A stretch of DNA of 33,461 bases from a virus (lineage: Duplodnaviria > Caudoviricetes), in IMG/VR virus record IMGVR_UViG_3300042997_002639, positions 1 to 33,461 of that record. The stretch is one strand, 5' to 3'. Position numbers and translations under genes: made by a program. Below the pieces are notes generated by a model, which was not told the DNA's origin, ran no database searches, and saw nothing but the letters and a program-made list of their open reading frames with translations. This document shows, piece by piece, positions 33,309 through 33,461 of this stretch (the stretch's first letter is position 1; each line of letters opens with the position of its first letter).

Positions 33309-33461
33309 TCAGCCGCGCGGGGCGATGATCGGAACGACGGTGTCGAGCACGGTCACGCCGTGGTCGGTGAACTGCACCTCGTCGCCGCGGTCGACCGCGA
33401 ACCGGATCTTCGACAGGCCCTGGATCGCGCCGATGAGCACTTCCATCTTGTCGCCGTGGTC
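33309..33461 (-). CDS. Major capsid protein, last 50 aa (DUF4043/N4-gp56-like); truncated by the window edge and absent from the ORF track
   Basis: Manual translation: DHGDKMEVLIGAIQGLSKIRFAVDRGDEVQFTDHGVTVLDTVVPIIAPRG, then TGA TGA. The G..KxRF...DHGVxxxDT ending is characteristic. Confidence 0.8.
   Translation of the reverse strand, partial: DHGDKMEVLIGAIQGLSKIRFAVDRGDEVQFTDHGVTVLDTVVPIIAPRG

Larger units (their letters stand above)
1..33461. mobile_element. Temperate phage/prophage segment (integrase, lysis, tail/ejection and capsid genes); continues beyond the right edge
   Basis: Integrase, holin-endolysin-spanin and capsid/tail genes, with long runs of ATGA/GTGA/TGATG-coupled minus-strand genes. 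No tape-measure, tube or sheath gene is recognisable, consistent with a short tail. Confidence 0.95.

Overview
This window holds the late (morphogenesis and lysis) arm of a GC-rich temperate phage with a short, podovirus-like tail, plus its integrase. A proteobacterial host is likely, but that is inference. On the minus strand, from the right end, it encodes: the C-terminus of a DUF4043/N4-gp56-like major capsid protein, a decoration protein, head-tail and tail proteins, LamG and BNR-repeat fibre proteins, two putative ejection proteins, and a 3182-aa polyvalent PLxRFG internal protein (ParB/Srx-like, two ART-like, LPD5, LPD1, zincin and LPD3 modules). Holin and SAR endolysin follow, then extra fibre-like genes and nested spanins. 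An intact tyrosine integrase occupies 1..1272. Five accessory genes (morons) are interleaved. Two patterns stand out. (1) A small inner-membrane moron between the two ejection genes ends in RAFTYEEAA, nearly identical to the motif repeated at the N-terminus of the giant protein (SFSYDDAS, RGFSYEDAS), suggesting superinfection exclusion by peptide mimicry. (2) Five copies of a CCCCYBTRGGGTT box each lie exactly 22 nt upstream of an nAnnnT -10 hexamer. They restart late transcription after four morons and overlap the divergent promoters of three, suggesting an activate-late/silence-moron switch. All functional calls come from motif recognition by eye; no searches were run.
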